NCBI GenBank assembly: GCA_965223325.1
Contig: CBDCWI010000001.1
Coordinates: 1-64,000, forward strand
Source: Candidatus Multivoradales bacterium
GTDB taxonomy: Bacteria; Acidobacteriota; Thermoanaerobaculia; Multivoradales; Multivoraceae
Reading direction: 5' to 3'
Length of the DNA stretch: 64,000 bases
The translations under genes were made by a program, and so were the position numbers. Each line of letters opens with the position of its first letter. Positions within the stretch are counted from its first letter, which is position 1. Positions 63,422 through 64,000 of this stretch are shown one piece after another. Below the pieces are notes generated by a model that saw only the letters and a list, made by a program, of their open reading frames with translations, was not told the DNA's origin and ran no database searches.

Positions 63422-64000
63422 ATACGCCGGGATAAACCGGCATGGAGAAAGGAATGAGAGAGTCCCACCCTCGAAGGGGTAGCGACCCAGAGGGTCCCCG
63501 AGTCATGCGCCGGCTCCCGCGAGGGTGCGGTGAAGCGTTGACAGGGGCACACACAGGCCGGGTATTGAGCCGCGAAATAAGAATTTGGGAGTGCCGACGC
63601 TGTCAAGCGAAGCGGAAGGCGAGACTCCGTAGCGCGCTATCGCGAGCTCTGCGGCGACTCCCCGCGGTCGTAGACCCTGTGCATGTGTGGAATCTCCATG
63701 CGCGAGAACCGGGAGATCCGCGATCTGGCCAGTTGGGTATCTGGTCCGCATCGGGAAGGCTAGAGGCCGTAAGCCGATGACGCACGGATGGCGGAAGTCA
63801 GACAGGCCCGTAGTACCTGCGAAGTCGTCGAACAACGGTGGGAGACCAGCGGCGGAGGCGGTGGAGGGAAGGGGCCTGGCCAAGGGGAACACGGGCAAGC
63901 AAAACGCACCCCGGACACAGAGCCGGATGGAGAGTGCGAGCAATGCGCTGGGCCGTGTACGAGAAGCCGCCCGCAGGGGCAAGGAAGTGAAGTTCACAGC
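63422..64000 (+). mobile_element. Group II intron, 5' part (domains I-III, class E-like), truncated by the window
   Basis: CCCCGAGTCATGCG..GTGAAGCGTTGACAGGGG..GGTATTGAGCCGCGAAA..GAGAACCGGGAGATCC..GAAGTCAGAAC-like (GAAGTCAGAC)..GTAGTACC..GGAGGGAAGGGG motifs; 5' end approximate. Confidence 0.88.
63777..64000 (+). CDS. Group II intron reverse transcriptase/maturase, N-terminus (partial)
   Basis: MTHGWRKSDRPVVPAK..AAEAVEGRGLAKGN..RTQSR..ALGRVREAARRGKEVKFT, a typical intron-encoded protein start. Confidence 0.85.
   Translation, partial: MTHGWRKSDRPVVPAKSSNNGGRPAAEAVEGRGLAKGNTGKQNAPRTQSRMESASNALGRVREAARRGKEVKFT

Noticed and set aside
62905-63997. Minus-strand ORFs of 233 and 164 aa
   Set aside because: They overlap repeats and the structured intron RNA on the opposite strand.

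Overview
GC-rich bacterial window in two parts. Bases 1-56344 are a temperate, long-tailed, HK97-fold phage. Its unit is 46,709 bp and it sits in the 3' half of tRNA-Arg(CCT). Bases 1-9635 recur, apparently identically, at 46710-56344, so the window holds an attP-type junction (core 9590-9635) and the host junction with the intact tRNA (56299-56375). The window starts within about 40 bp of the putative cos site. This could be a tandem lysogen, replicating or virion DNA, or an assembly chimera. The phage has cI/cro, replication, integrase, lysis, tail, head and packaging modules. Its most unusual trait is extensive use of export signals. Three Cys-rich, fibre- or adhesin-like genes with Sec-type signal peptides lie inside the tail operon (26309-32249). 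There is also a probable CTG-initiated Tat substrate next to cos, and two small proteins carry motifs I recall from host surface proteins (an FxDGFExGD tail and a CxxxxxxCLxxGR domain), which suggests a Thermoanaerobaculia/Acidobacteriota-like host. Bases 56345-64000 are host DNA: a 91-bp tandem repeat array, a MITE/REPIN-like inverted repeat, the skp-lpxD-fabZ-lpxA-(gnnA-like)-surE-pcm cluster on the minus strand, and the 5' part of a group II intron with the start of its RT ORF. All family assignments come from motif recognition by eye, with no database search.
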